This document shows, in pieces, positions 19,156 to 28,160 of a stretch of DNA of 64,000 nucleotides. Position 1 is the stretch's first letter. Each line of letters begins with the position of its first letter. A model generated the notes under the pieces. The model saw only the letters and a program-made list of their open reading frames with translations, was not told where the DNA came from and did no database searches. The translations under genes and the position numbers were made by a program. Location: sequence record KY555144.1; one strand, given 5' to 3'.

Positions 19156-19839
19156 TCAGGCGCCCGTCGAGCCGAACCCGCCGGCGCCCCGCTCCGTCTC
19201 GTCCAGGCTCTCGACCTCGACGACCGGCACGATCAGGCACTGTTCGAGGATGATCTGGGCGATGCGATCGCCGGGCTTGATCTCCACGGTCTCCCCGAAG
19301 AAGGGCGCGCCGAAGACGTCGGCCTGCTTGCCGTGGTGGGTCAGGATGACCTTGACCTCGCCGGTGTAGTCCTCGTCCACCACGCCGGCCAGGACCCCGA
19401 TGCCCTTGACGCCCAGGCCCGAGCGCGGCGCGACGCGGGCATAGGTTCCCTCGGGCGCGGTGATCGAGAGGCCTGTCGACAGCAGGGCGCGATCGCCGGG
19501 GTTCAGGCGCACTGTCGTCTCGCCGTCGTAATAGACGTCCAGGCCGGCGGCCTTGGGCGAGCCCCGCGTCGGGAGCTTGGCGGTCTGGGTCAGGCGCTTG
19601 ACCTTCAGGACCGGGCCGTCGTGCTTCATCTTGGTCAAACCCCTCGCCTCCTCCCAGGACAGAAACTGGACGTCGCGCGTGAACCGCCCGTAGAGAGCGA
19701 CGTTCTGATCGACGCCTGAGCGGACGTCCGCCTCGATGCCGGCGCCCCGAAGGGCGTCGGCGAGGGTGTAGGCCTGCTCAGCTTGCGCAGCCCTTTGATA
19801 GAAGACGGTAGCTCGGCCGTAAAGGTGGGTCGGGGACAT
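19156..19839 (-). CDS. dut: dUTPase (trimeric type) with N-terminal extension
   Basis: PRSG, GVVDEDYTGEVKV, RIAQ and RGAGGFGSTG motifs. Confidence 0.95.
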   Translation of the reverse strand: MSPTHLYGRATVFYQRAAQAEQAYTLADALRGAGIEADVRSGVDQNVALYGRFTRDVQFLSWEEARGLTKMKHDGPVLKVKRLTQTAKLPTRGSPKAAGLDVYYDGETTVRLNPGDRALLSTGLSITAPEGTYARVAPRSGLGVKGIGVLAGVVDEDYTGEVKVILTHHGKQADVFGAPFFGETVEIKPGDRIAQIILEQCLIVPVVEVESLDETERGAGGFGSTGA

Positions 19840-19856
19840 TATTTTCGGGCCTCTGG

Positions 19857-21290
19857 TTAACGGGGGATGTCGAGGTGATCGGCCAGGGCGTCGGCGCCGC
19901 CAATGAAGGCTTCCTCCTCGCCGGCCGCGTCCAGCAGGAAGATCATCGGCGAGGTGTTCCAGGTCGGGTGGCCCCAGTTCTGGCGGACGTCCTCGAACTT
20001 GGCGCGGCGGTCCTCGTCGCTGGGCTGGACGGCGTCATAGGGGATGCCCTCACGATCCAGGTAGGCCTTAGCCCGGTCGCAGTGCGGGCAGTTGGCCTTG
20101 GTGTAGACCCGGTATTCCGGCGCGCCGGCCGGCGCGGTGACCGCCACCTCGTCGAGGCGCTTGACCGACCAGTAACGCGGCGTCTCGGGGATCGCGCAGA
20201 CGCCCTCCTCGGCGCAGCCGTCGTCCTCCAGAGGCGGCGTCCAGACCGGGCGCTGAAGGAAGCTGAACGCCCGTTCCCAGCCGGGGATTTCGCCCTTGCC
20301 GTACTCCGTCGAGCGCTGCTCGAAGAAGTTGGTGTGGGTCGGGGCGTTCATGATCCAGTCGAGCCAGTCGAACGGATTGTCCTTGACGCCGTAATTGGGC
20401 TTCAGGCCCAGTTGCAGCAGCCGGCGGTCGGCGATGTAGCGGATGTACTGCTTGGTGTCCTCGGGCGTGACGCCCTCGATCTGGAGCTTGCGGAACTTGC
20501 CCGAGCGGCGCTCGGCGCGGTTCTTCGCCGCCGGCTTGGCCTCGGACATGTCGGGGGCGATCGCGAAGGCCTGATCGATGAACGCGTCTTCGAGATCGAC
20601 CATGGCGCGGCAGGCGTCATAGATGCGCTTCTTGGTCTCGTCGTTCCAGGAGCGCGGGTGCTCCTTGATCAACTCGTGCAGGAGCTTGATCATCGACTCC
20701 ACGTGATGGCTCTCGTCGCGGATCGACCACTCGACGATCGTGGTCATGCCCTTCATGCGATTGCGACGCTGGAAGGACATCAGCAGGGCGAAGGACGAGA
20801 AAAGTTGCATCCCCTCGCCGAAGGCCGAGAACACGGCGATGTCGACCATCAGGTCGGCGATCGAGTTGCCGCTGTCCCGATTGAACATGTACTCGTGCTT
20901 CTCGCGCATCGCCTCGTAGTCGAGGAAGGCGCGGAACTCGACCTCGGGCAGGCCCAGGGTGTCGATCAGCGTCGAGTAGGCGTCGATGTGGTTGGCCTCG
21001 GCGGCGATGAACGCGCCCAGCATCATCCGCACTTCCGGGTGCGGGAAGCGCGGGCCGTACTTCTCGAAGTAGCCGCGCGCCACGTCGACGTCGGCCTGGG
21101 TGAAGAACCGGAAGAGTTGCGTCAGCAGGGACTTCTCGTCCGGCGTCAGCTTCTCGTTCCAGTCCTGGATGTCCTGGTCCATGGGGGCTTCGTGCGGAAG
21201 CCAGTGCATGGCCTGCATGGTCTTGTAGGCCTCGTAGGCCCAGGGGTAGACGAACGGCTTGTAGTAGTCGCGGGACTTGAGCAGGGACAT
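19857..21290 (-). CDS. nrdB: Ribonucleotide reductase class I beta subunit fused to a C-terminal glutaredoxin
   Basis: EANHIDAY, EGMQLFSSF, DESHH, NFFEQR; C-terminal VYTKANCPHC...TSPMIF...FIGG. Confidence 0.9.
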   Translation of the reverse strand: MSLLKSRDYYKPFVYPWAYEAYKTMQAMHWLPHEAPMDQDIQDWNEKLTPDEKSLLTQLFRFFTQADVDVARGYFEKYGPRFPHPEVRMMLGAFIAAEANHIDAYSTLIDTLGLPEVEFRAFLDYEAMREKHEYMFNRDSGNSIADLMVDIAVFSAFGEGMQLFSSFALLMSFQRRNRMKGMTTIVEWSIRDESHHVESMIKLLHELIKEHPRSWNDETKKRIYDACRAMVDLEDAFIDQAFAIAPDMSEAKPAAKNRAERRSGKFRKLQIEGVTPEDTKQYIRYIADRRLLQLGLKPNYGVKDNPFDWLDWIMNAPTHTNFFEQRSTEYGKGEIPGWERAFSFLQRPVWTPPLEDDGCAEEGVCAIPETPRYWSVKRLDEVAVTAPAGAPEYRVYTKANCPHCDRAKAYLDREGIPYDAVQPSDEDRRAKFEDVRQNWGHPTWNTSPMIFLLDAAGEEEAFIGGADALADHLDIPR

Positions 21291-21343
21291 GAAGGGGTCT
21301 CAGGAAAAGGAGGGAAGGGGAGGATGAAGGGGCCGACGGCCCC

Positions 21344-24151
21344 TTACCCCTCACATGCCAAGCAGTCGGACGAGGCCGTCGGATTGAGGGCCAGCATCGC
21401 GGCCTCCTCGGCGGAGCCCTCGGTCACGGGCTCCTCGGCGAACTCGATCTTCTTGCGCTCGACCTTGGCGTTGGTGTTCTCGGCCCGCTTGGGGGTCGAC
21501 GAGCGCAGGTAGTAGAACGACTTGACGCCGGCGCCCTCGCCCCAGCCCAGGAAGTGGAGTTCCGAGAGGTACTCGGCGTCCGCGTCGTGAGGCACGAAGA
21601 CGTTCAGGGACTGGCCCTGACAGATCGACTTGGAGCGGTCGACCGCCAGGGTCACGACCCAACGCTGATCCATCTCGCGGGCGGTCCGGTAGACCTTCAG
21701 GAGATGCAGGCGCTCGGCTTCCGGCATGGTCACGCCGTGCTCGGCCAGGAACTCGGGCGTGAAGTGCTGGATCGAACCCTCGGCCGCGACGATCGACTTC
21801 CAGACCGCCTCGGTGTTCAGGCCCAGTTCGCCCAGGCGCTTCTTCAGCCAGCGGTTCTTGACGGCGAACGAGCCCGACAGGGTCTTGTGCAGGAAGGTGT
21901 TGGCCGGGATCGGCTCGATCGACGGCGAGGTGCCCCCGCAGAGGATCGAGGACGAGGCGTTGGGCGCCACGGCCAGCTTGTGGGCGAACCGCTCGCCCGT
22001 GCCTTCCATGTCCGGCGCCTCGCCGCGCTCCTTGCCCAGCAGCAGGGAAGCCGCGTCGGCCTGCTTGCGCATGTGGGCGAACAGTTCCAGGTTCAGCCGG
22101 CGGGCGGCGTGACTCTCGAACGGGATGTCCAGCATCTGGAGCAGCGAGTGGAAGCCGAGCAGGCCCAGGCCCACCGACCGTTCGCGCACGGCGCTGTAGG
22201 CGGCGCGGTGCATCTCGTCCGGCGCGTTGTCGATGAACACCTGGAGGCAGTTGTCCAGCATGCGCAGCAGGTCTTCGATGAAGGTCGGGTGATCCCGCCA
22301 CTCCGGCCACTTCTCGGCGTTGACGCTGGAGAGGCAGCAGACGGCGGTCCGCATCTTGCCGAAGATGTCGCGGCCCGAGCCCAGCATGATCTCCGAGCAG
22401 TTGCCCGTCAGATAGCCGTTGAAGACCAGACGGTGGCGCAGGGGCTCGGTCGCGCAGAAGACGTCAGCCTTGTGCGCGAGCGGATGGACGTCGGCGACCG
22501 TCGCCGCCAGGATCGAGGCCACCCCGATCGCGGCGTCGCGCGGCTCGATCGCGTGGGCCAGGACGATGCCGCGATCCGACAGATAGGCCACATCCCACTC
22601 GGCGAGCGAGAAGGCGCTGACCGTGTCGGTCAGGCGGATGCGCGGGTGCAGGCCGGACTCGATGGCCATGAGGCGCATCTGGCGGATCAGGTCGACGTCG
22701 GTCGAGCCCACGGTCAGCCAACGCACGCCGTCGATCTCGACCCACTCGCCGGCCGCGTCCAGGGCGCCGGCCAGCCACGTCAGGCGGCGTTCGACGGTCC
22801 AGGCGAATGGCACCACGCCGGGATTGATCACCTGCGGGTCAAAGCGCAGGGTCGTGCCGTGCTCGTCGCCTTCCAGGTTGGTCGACAGCGTCGACAGGCG
22901 CTTGAGCACCTCGCCCGGCAGGCTCGCAGGCACGAAGGCCGACAGCCGGTTTTTGTCGTCGAAGCCGGCGAAGGTCGTCCACCCGGCGGCATAGGCCTGC
23001 TCGATCGGCGGCGTCGCCTCGGCCAGCCCCTCGATCACCGGCGCCTGGGCCTTGGCCAGCACGGTCCCGAGCTTCAGTTCGCCGGCCCGCACCTCCACGC
23101 CGTCCTGGGTGTAGAACTTGTGGTAGGGGGTGCAGTCGAGATAGTCGCCGTCCTCGAACCAGACGCGCACCAGCGAGGCCTTCTCGTCGGTGGGGTTGGT
23201 CTGCTGGATCAGGACGCGGCTGAATTCCTCGCCGTTCCAGACGTCGTGGTATTCGCCTTTCAGGGCCTCGATCGGCAGGTGGCCGTTGCGGGTCAGGATT
23301 TCGGTCTCGCCGGTCACGCAGAGGTTCGACTGGCGGACCTTGAGGCCGAGCTTCTTCTGCGCCTCGGGGAAGTGGCGGTTGGAGGTGTCGATGAAGTGGA
23401 TGTAGGGCTCGCCCGTCTGCATCCGCGTCTCGATCAGCAGGCGCCACAGTTCGCGCGCCCGCTCAACGCGGATCACCTCGCCGGTCTTGGGCGAGCGCAG
23501 GGCGAACTCGGTGTCGTCGCGCACCGCGATCATGAACTCGTCGGTGACGTTGACGGCGTTGTGCAGGTTGGTGATCTTGCGGTTCTGGTCGCCGCCGGTA
23601 GGCTTGCGGGCCGTGATGAACTCGCGGATTTCCGGGTGGCTAATGTCCAGATAGACGGCGTTGGAGCCCCGGCGCGTGCCGCCTTGGCTGACGGCGAGAA
23701 TCAGGCGATCGTCCACCGCCATGAACGGGATCACGCCGGTCGACTGCGAACCCTTCGAGGTCTTCTCGCCCAGGCCGCGCAGGGCGCCGTAATAGGAGCC
23801 GATGCCGCCGCCCATCGACGAGAGCCAGATGACCTCGTCATAGTGCTCGGAGATCGACTCGCGGCTGTCCTCGATCGCGGTGAGGAAGCAGGAGATCGGC
23901 AGGCCGCGCGCGGACCCGCCGTTCGACAGCAGGGGCGTGGCGAACATGAACCAGAGGTTCGAGACATAGTCGTAGAGCCGCTGGCCGTGCTCGGCGTCAT
24001 CCGCGAAGGCCGCACTCGCGCGCGCGAAGGCCTCCTGGGGCGAGCTTTCCCCAGGCAGCAGATAGCGTTCACGGAGGGTCTGAAGGGTGAAGTCGTCGAG
24101 CAGGGCGTCGCGGGTGAGATCGATCTTGATTTCGGAGGGTGCGACAGCCAT
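21344..24151 (-). CDS. nrdA: Ribonucleotide reductase class I alpha subunit containing an intein
   Basis: FATPLLSNGG, PISCF, QSNL|C...N|CSEI, VAPNASSS, C-terminal CLACEG; start taken at the ATG at 24151. Confidence 0.93.
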   Translation of the reverse strand: MAVAPSEIKIDLTRDALLDDFTLQTLRERYLLPGESSPQEAFARASAAFADDAEHGQRLYDYVSNLWFMFATPLLSNGGSARGLPISCFLTAIEDSRESISEHYDEVIWLSSMGGGIGSYYGALRGLGEKTSKGSQSTGVIPFMAVDDRLILAVSQGGTRRGSNAVYLDISHPEIREFITARKPTGGDQNRKITNLHNAVNVTDEFMIAVRDDTEFALRSPKTGEVIRVERARELWRLLIETRMQTGEPYIHFIDTSNRHFPEAQKKLGLKVRQSNLCVTGETEILTRNGHLPIEALKGEYHDVWNGEEFSRVLIQQTNPTDEKASLVRVWFEDGDYLDCTPYHKFYTQDGVEVRAGELKLGTVLAKAQAPVIEGLAEATPPIEQAYAAGWTTFAGFDDKNRLSAFVPASLPGEVLKRLSTLSTNLEGDEHGTTLRFDPQVINPGVVPFAWTVERRLTWLAGALDAAGEWVEIDGVRWLTVGSTDVDLIRQMRLMAIESGLHPRIRLTDTVSAFSLAEWDVAYLSDRGIVLAHAIEPRDAAIGVASILAATVADVHPLAHKADVFCATEPLRHRLVFNGYLTGNCSEIMLGSGRDIFGKMRTAVCCLSSVNAEKWPEWRDHPTFIEDLLRMLDNCLQVFIDNAPDEMHRAAYSAVRERSVGLGLLGFHSLLQMLDIPFESHAARRLNLELFAHMRKQADAASLLLGKERGEAPDMEGTGERFAHKLAVAPNASSSILCGGTSPSIEPIPANTFLHKTLSGSFAVKNRWLKKRLGELGLNTEAVWKSIVAAEGSIQHFTPEFLAEHGVTMPEAERLHLLKVYRTAREMDQRWVVTLAVDRSKSICQGQSLNVFVPHDADAEYLSELHFLGWGEGAGVKSFYYLRSSTPKRAENTNAKVERKKIEFAEEPVTEGSAEEAAMLALNPTASSDCLACEG
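22400..23320 (-). mobile_element. Intein (307 aa) with degenerate LAGLIDADG domain, inserted at the catalytic Cys of NrdA
   Basis: Starts CVTGETEIL, ends HRLVFNGYLTGN before Cys+1; contains WLAGALDAAG block-E-like motif. Confidence 0.9.
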
Positions 24152-24257
24152 GGGGTCTCGTTCTCGCGTCGAGGCGCGATGCGTTAAAAAGCCCTGAGAA
24201 ATCAGGGCCTTAGATTGACAGCAAAGGATGGTTAAGATAGCCTGAGGGGTCCCGAAA

Positions 24258-24272
24258 GTCAAGATTCACGAC
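24258..24272 (-). promoter_or_regulatory. Recurring motif and promoter for nrdA
   Basis: Minus strand GTCGTGAATCTTGACT-N17-TATCTT; TTAACCAT at 24228-24235. Confidence 0.7.
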
Positions 24273-24313
24273 ACTCGTGGACCCCTCAAAGATTCCTTGA
24301 CAGCCCCTCGGAT

Positions 24314-24565
24314 TTACTCGTCGGCGAACTTCATTCCGGCCGCCTGAAGGATGTCCTTGGTATTGCAGGGCTTTCCATCCAGGAGGAAACAGAGGCGGGT
24401 TTCGCGGACCCGATCCCCCAGCGCGGCGATCGCGCGTTCGAGGACCGTCATCCCATCGCCGAGGGGAGCGATCAGGGCTCCGGTCTCGCGCGGGAGGCGA
24501 GGGCCGCTGCCCTTCGCCTCCTTCGGGGTCTTGCTCCGCTTACCGGACAACGCCAGCCACCCCAA
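24314..24565 (-). CDS. Hypothetical protein (83 aa)
   Basis: ORF within a co-oriented cluster, overlapping the upstream gene. Confidence 0.55.
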   Translation of the reverse strand: MGWLALSGKRSKTPKEAKGSGPRLPRETGALIAPLGDGMTVLERAIAALGDRVRETRLCFLLDGKPCNTKDILQAAGMKFADE

Positions 24566-24887
24566 CCACCGCCTGGAACTCGGCCAGGGCTTGGTCGACG
24601 TCGTGCCCGGCGGCGATCTTCGCCGAGAGGTCCGCGACGGCGGTGTTGACCCGGTCGAGTTCGGCCTTGAAGTAGTCCGGGGTCTCCTTCAGGATGTTGA
24701 CCAGCGCCAGGGTGACGATGTCGACCACCGGGATGCGGATGGTCTCGCCGTCGGCTTCGTTGAACGAGGCCAGCGACAGGCCGATGGTGAAGCCGCTCGG
24801 ATTATCCGGCGTCTCGGTCAGGGCCAGGACCGCTTGGGCGAGCGAGCGCTCTTCTTGGACCTGGATGTCTTCAGTGGGGGAGGTCAT
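24540..24887 (-). CDS. Hypothetical protein (115 aa)
   Basis: Normal codon usage, overlaps neighbours. Confidence 0.65.
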   Translation of the reverse strand: MTSPTEDIQVQEERSLAQAVLALTETPDNPSGFTIGLSLASFNEADGETIRIPVVDIVTLALVNILKETPDYFKAELDRVNTAVADLSAKIAAGHDVDQALAEFQAVVGVAGVVR

Positions 24888-25176
24888 GGGATTCCTGCTG
24901 CATGAGGAGGGTGATGCGGTTGACGGCGTCGACTTCGCTGATCGGCCCGGCCTTCAACAGGGCGTCGATCGTGTCGGCGATCACCCCCTGCTGGTCGAGG
25001 GTCATGATCGCGAGGCCGTAGAGCAGCGCCTGGGACGCGTGGCGCCGGACGCTCGGGGTGGTGTGGTGGATGATCAGGTCGGCCTCGGCGCGGTCCCCGC
25101 TGGCGGGCACGAAGGCCGAAAGCGAGAATTCCGGGGCCAGATCGTCCGGGATATCGAGAGGGGCGGGGGAGGACAT
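24871..25176 (-). CDS. Hypothetical protein (101 aa)
   Basis: GGAG RBS upstream; downstream of the promoter motif at 25215-25230. Confidence 0.65.
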   Translation of the reverse strand: MSSPAPLDIPDDLAPEFSLSAFVPASGDRAEADLIIHHTTPSVRRHASQALLYGLAIMTLDQQGVIADTIDALLKAGPISEVDAVNRITLLMQQESHDLPH

Positions 25177-25190
25177 GCTCGGCTCCGGTG

Positions 25191-25231
25191 ATGTCGTGTC
25201 TCCTGACGATTGATGTCAGGATTCACGACAT
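25191..25231. promoter_or_regulatory. Inverted pair of motif variants
   Basis: ATGTCGTG-TC-TCCTGAC-N7-GTCAGGA-TT-CACGACAT. Confidence 0.6.
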
Positions 25232-25243
25232 CGGTCAACAAGG

Positions 25244-26203
25244 TTAATTCGCCGCAGGGGCGTCCCAGACGGCTTCGCCCGGCACGAACTTGCGGAACTG
25301 CTGGAAGCCCCGGAAATTGCCCTGGTGTGCCTTGGTCAGCGCGGCGCCCGGACGGGCGGCGCGGGCTTGGTGCTCCAGCGGCGAGGCGTGGACCGGCTGG
25401 GAGGCGGCCAGCTTCAGGAAGGTCCCGACGTCACGGGTGATCGAGGCCTTGGAGCCGTCGAAGTCGCGGTAGCTGGCGCGCGCGCAGCGCGACGCCGACG
25501 AGACGATCAGGAGGCGGTCGATCTCGGAGACCTCGCGCAGATTGACGAAGGCGAAGTCGATCAGGCCCAGATTGTAGTCGGCCTGAGCCCGCTCGTTGCG
25601 CAGGAAGCGCGAGATCGTGTCGATGTCTTCTTCCAGGTTGATGAACGGCAGGTGCCATTCGCCGGGCCGCAGCAGGCGCGGGGTCTGGGCATACAGGTCC
25701 GCCTTGATCCGCCGCGCCAGGGTCTGGATTTCGTCCTGGGCGCCGGCGTCGTCGCGCAGGGTTAGGAAGTTGATCCAGTCGGTGGCCGAGACCACGACCG
25801 AGATGTAGCCGAACCATTCGGTGGCGCGGTTGACCCATTGCTTGTGGATGTTGAGCCCGCCTTCCTCGCGCGGCAGGCCCAGCTTGGCGACGCCGGCGCG
25901 CACCGCGTCCGCCATCTCCATCCAGATCGCCTCGGCCGCCTCCTGGTCGGCGTTCGACAGGTACTCGCCCGGCTGCATGCCCGGCTTGTTCTCGCGGAAC
26001 AGCGGCACATAGGGTTCGTCCAGCAGCATCTTCTTGAGCGGGATGGCCCGGCTCGACGAGGCGTTGCGGCTGAAGACCCGATGGGTCATGAAATCGGCGT
26101 GGACCATGCGCGGGTAGCGCAGCAGCAGGCTGTCCAGGCGCTTGCCGTCCTGGGTGATCGACGCCGCCAGGGGCGTCGTTTGAACGAAGTCAAGAGTCGG
26201 CAT
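25244..26203 (-). CDS. thyX: FAD-dependent thymidylate synthase
   Basis: RMVHADFMTHRVFSRNASSSRAIP...AQDEI...SRCARASY...HASPLEH. Confidence 0.9.
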   Translation of the reverse strand: MPTLDFVQTTPLAASITQDGKRLDSLLLRYPRMVHADFMTHRVFSRNASSSRAIPLKKMLLDEPYVPLFRENKPGMQPGEYLSNADQEAAEAIWMEMADAVRAGVAKLGLPREEGGLNIHKQWVNRATEWFGYISVVVSATDWINFLTLRDDAGAQDEIQTLARRIKADLYAQTPRLLRPGEWHLPFINLEEDIDTISRFLRNERAQADYNLGLIDFAFVNLREVSEIDRLLIVSSASRCARASYRDFDGSKASITRDVGTFLKLAASQPVHASPLEHQARAARPGAALTKAHQGNFRGFQQFRKFVPGEAVWDAPAAN

Positions 26204-26206
26204 GGA

Positions 26207-26743
26207 TCAGTCCTGGTCGGCGTCGAGCACGATCATCGCGATCGCGTTGTGAAGGTCTTCGATCCCCCGGTCGTTGGTGATGGTCCAGTCGGGGACGATC
26301 AGGTCCATCTCCAGTTCGGAGGCGTGCTGGGAGGCCGCGTCCTTGGTGACCTTGCGAGGGTCATCGACACGGATGATGCGGCCCTTCAAGGCGCGCACGG
26401 CGGCGGCCTCGTTGAGGAAGCGGCAGTCCGAGCAGACGACGTGGCTGTAGCCGCCGGCCGCCCGCTTGAAGGCCTCGATCCAGGTGTCCTGCTCGTAGGA
26501 GCGGAACATCTCGGTGCCGATCTTCTGGAGAATGTCGCGAGGGCTCTTGAAGGGATAGCGGTCCAGGACCTGCTCCTTCAGCACGGGGTCCGACATCTCA
26601 AGGTCGGTCACCCCGTAGGCGATCTTGGCGATCTCCCGCAGCGGGTCGGCGAAGTTGATGTGGCGATAGCCGGCGGCTTCCAGGCGGCGCGCGGCCGTCG
26701 TCTTGCCGTGCCCGCGCTTGCCAGTGATGGCGATCAGGTCCAT
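26207..26743 (-). CDS. Deoxynucleoside monophosphate kinase
   Basis: ITGKRGHGKTT P-loop, INFADPLRE, PRDILQKIGTE, SDCRFLNE, HASE. Confidence 0.88.
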   Translation of the reverse strand: MDLIAITGKRGHGKTTAARRLEAAGYRHINFADPLREIAKIAYGVTDLEMSDPVLKEQVLDRYPFKSPRDILQKIGTEMFRSYEQDTWIEAFKRAAGGYSHVVCSDCRFLNEAAAVRALKGRIIRVDDPRKVTKDAASQHASELEMDLIVPDWTITNDRGIEDLHNAIAMIVLDADQD

Positions 26744-26752
26744 GGGGGTCTC

Positions 26753-28087
26753 CTAGCGAAGGATGGTGAGGGTCTTGGCCGCGCGGGTGATGCCCGTGTA
26801 GAGCCACTTGTCTTCGTCGGCCCGGAAGCAGCCGCTTTCGTCGATCAGGACGACGTCGTCCCACTGCGAGCCCTGGCTGGCGTGGCAGGTGATTGCGTAG
26901 GCCCAGTCGGCGACGATCGAGCTTTTCAGCGCCCGCCAAGCCTTCTGCTCGGGAGCGGTGTAGCCCTTGTTGGTGCGCGAGAAGTGCTCCTCGAACATCC
27001 CCTGGAACATCGTCTTGTCGTGGTACTCGACACCGTTCTCGTCGCTGAACGAGCCCAGGAACGTCGCGTCGCCGTGGGTGAACTCGACCGACTTGAGCGA
27101 GGTCACCTCGGTGCCGTTGGTCAGGTCCGGGTTGTCGCGGACGTTCTTACGGATGATCAGCGGCTCGTTCTTCTGAGGCCCGACGCGTTCGCCGGGATAG
27201 TCGACGTAGCCGAACTCCGAACGCAGTTGCTGATTGACGTTCCAGCGCGTCTTGTTGCGACCCACGATGAACTGCGGGCGGTCCTCGAAGTCGAAGACCT
27301 CCTCGTATTCGGCGCGGCGCATCACTTTGACGCCGCCTCCGTAGTCACGGAACGGCAGGTCCTTGCCCTCGCGCGCCAGGGTCGACAGGTGGATGATCGG
27401 ATTGTCCTTGGCCTGCCGGTGGATTTCCGACAGGAAGAAGTCGGGGTCATTGGCGAGCAGGCCCGCGTCGTCCTCGACCGGCGGAAGCTGCCCCGGATCG
27501 CCCATGGCGAAGATGGGCACCCCGTATTCCATGAGGTCGTCGGTCATCCGGCGCCCGACCATGGACGCCTCGTCGACGACGATCAGGCTCGCCAACTGGA
27601 TGGCGCTGTCGGGGTTCAGTTGGAAGTTGATCTTGTCCTCGCGGTAGGCCGCGCTGAGTTCGGCCTCCAGACGCTTGATCAGCTTCTTTTGCGTGAAGAT
27701 GTGCTGGTCCTTGTCCGGATCGCCGCCTTCCATGGCGCAGATGTAGAGCGCTTCGCTGAGCGCTTCCCGGTGGTTTTCCAGGTCGGTTTCGAGTTGTGAG
27801 ATCGGGGCCGGCTTGGCGCGGTAGATCGCCGAATGGATCGTGCCCGCGTTGGTGTTGGCGTAGCCCTGGGCCTTCAGCTTGGTCCGCATGACCTTGGCGG
27901 CCTTGCCCGTCGGGGCGACGAAGGCCACGGTCTCGGGCGCGATGCCGAGGCTGTCGAGAATGAACGGCAGGATGGTGGACTTGCCCGAGCCGGCGAAGCC
28001 GGTCATCGTCGTCAGGGGTTGCCCGTCCTTGATCTTTTCGACAACGACCTTGCGGGCCGTGTCCTGTTGTGCGCTGAGCGTAGTCAT
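26753..28087 (-). CDS. RecD/Dda-like SF1B helicase
   Basis: GFAGSGKST, APTGKAA, DEASMV, GDPGQLPPV, YAITCHASQGS, LYTGITRA. Confidence 0.9.
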   Translation of the reverse strand: MTTLSAQQDTARKVVVEKIKDGQPLTTMTGFAGSGKSTILPFILDSLGIAPETVAFVAPTGKAAKVMRTKLKAQGYANTNAGTIHSAIYRAKPAPISQLETDLENHREALSEALYICAMEGGDPDKDQHIFTQKKLIKRLEAELSAAYREDKINFQLNPDSAIQLASLIVVDEASMVGRRMTDDLMEYGVPIFAMGDPGQLPPVEDDAGLLANDPDFFLSEIHRQAKDNPIIHLSTLAREGKDLPFRDYGGGVKVMRRAEYEEVFDFEDRPQFIVGRNKTRWNVNQQLRSEFGYVDYPGERVGPQKNEPLIIRKNVRDNPDLTNGTEVTSLKSVEFTHGDATFLGSFSDENGVEYHDKTMFQGMFEEHFSRTNKGYTAPEQKAWRALKSSIVADWAYAITCHASQGSQWDDVVLIDESGCFRADEDKWLYTGITRAAKTLTILR

Positions 28088-28112
28088 CGGAGACTTTCGG
28101 ACGAGACGAGGG

Positions 28113-28139
28113 AACCCGCCCGGACGCGCCGGGCGGGTT
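28113..28139. terminator. 11-bp-stem hairpin between the SSB-like and helicase genes
   Basis: AACCCGCCCGG/CCGGGCGGGTT. Confidence 0.5.
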
Positions 28140-28160
28140 GGTCGAAGGGATCAGGAGCGC

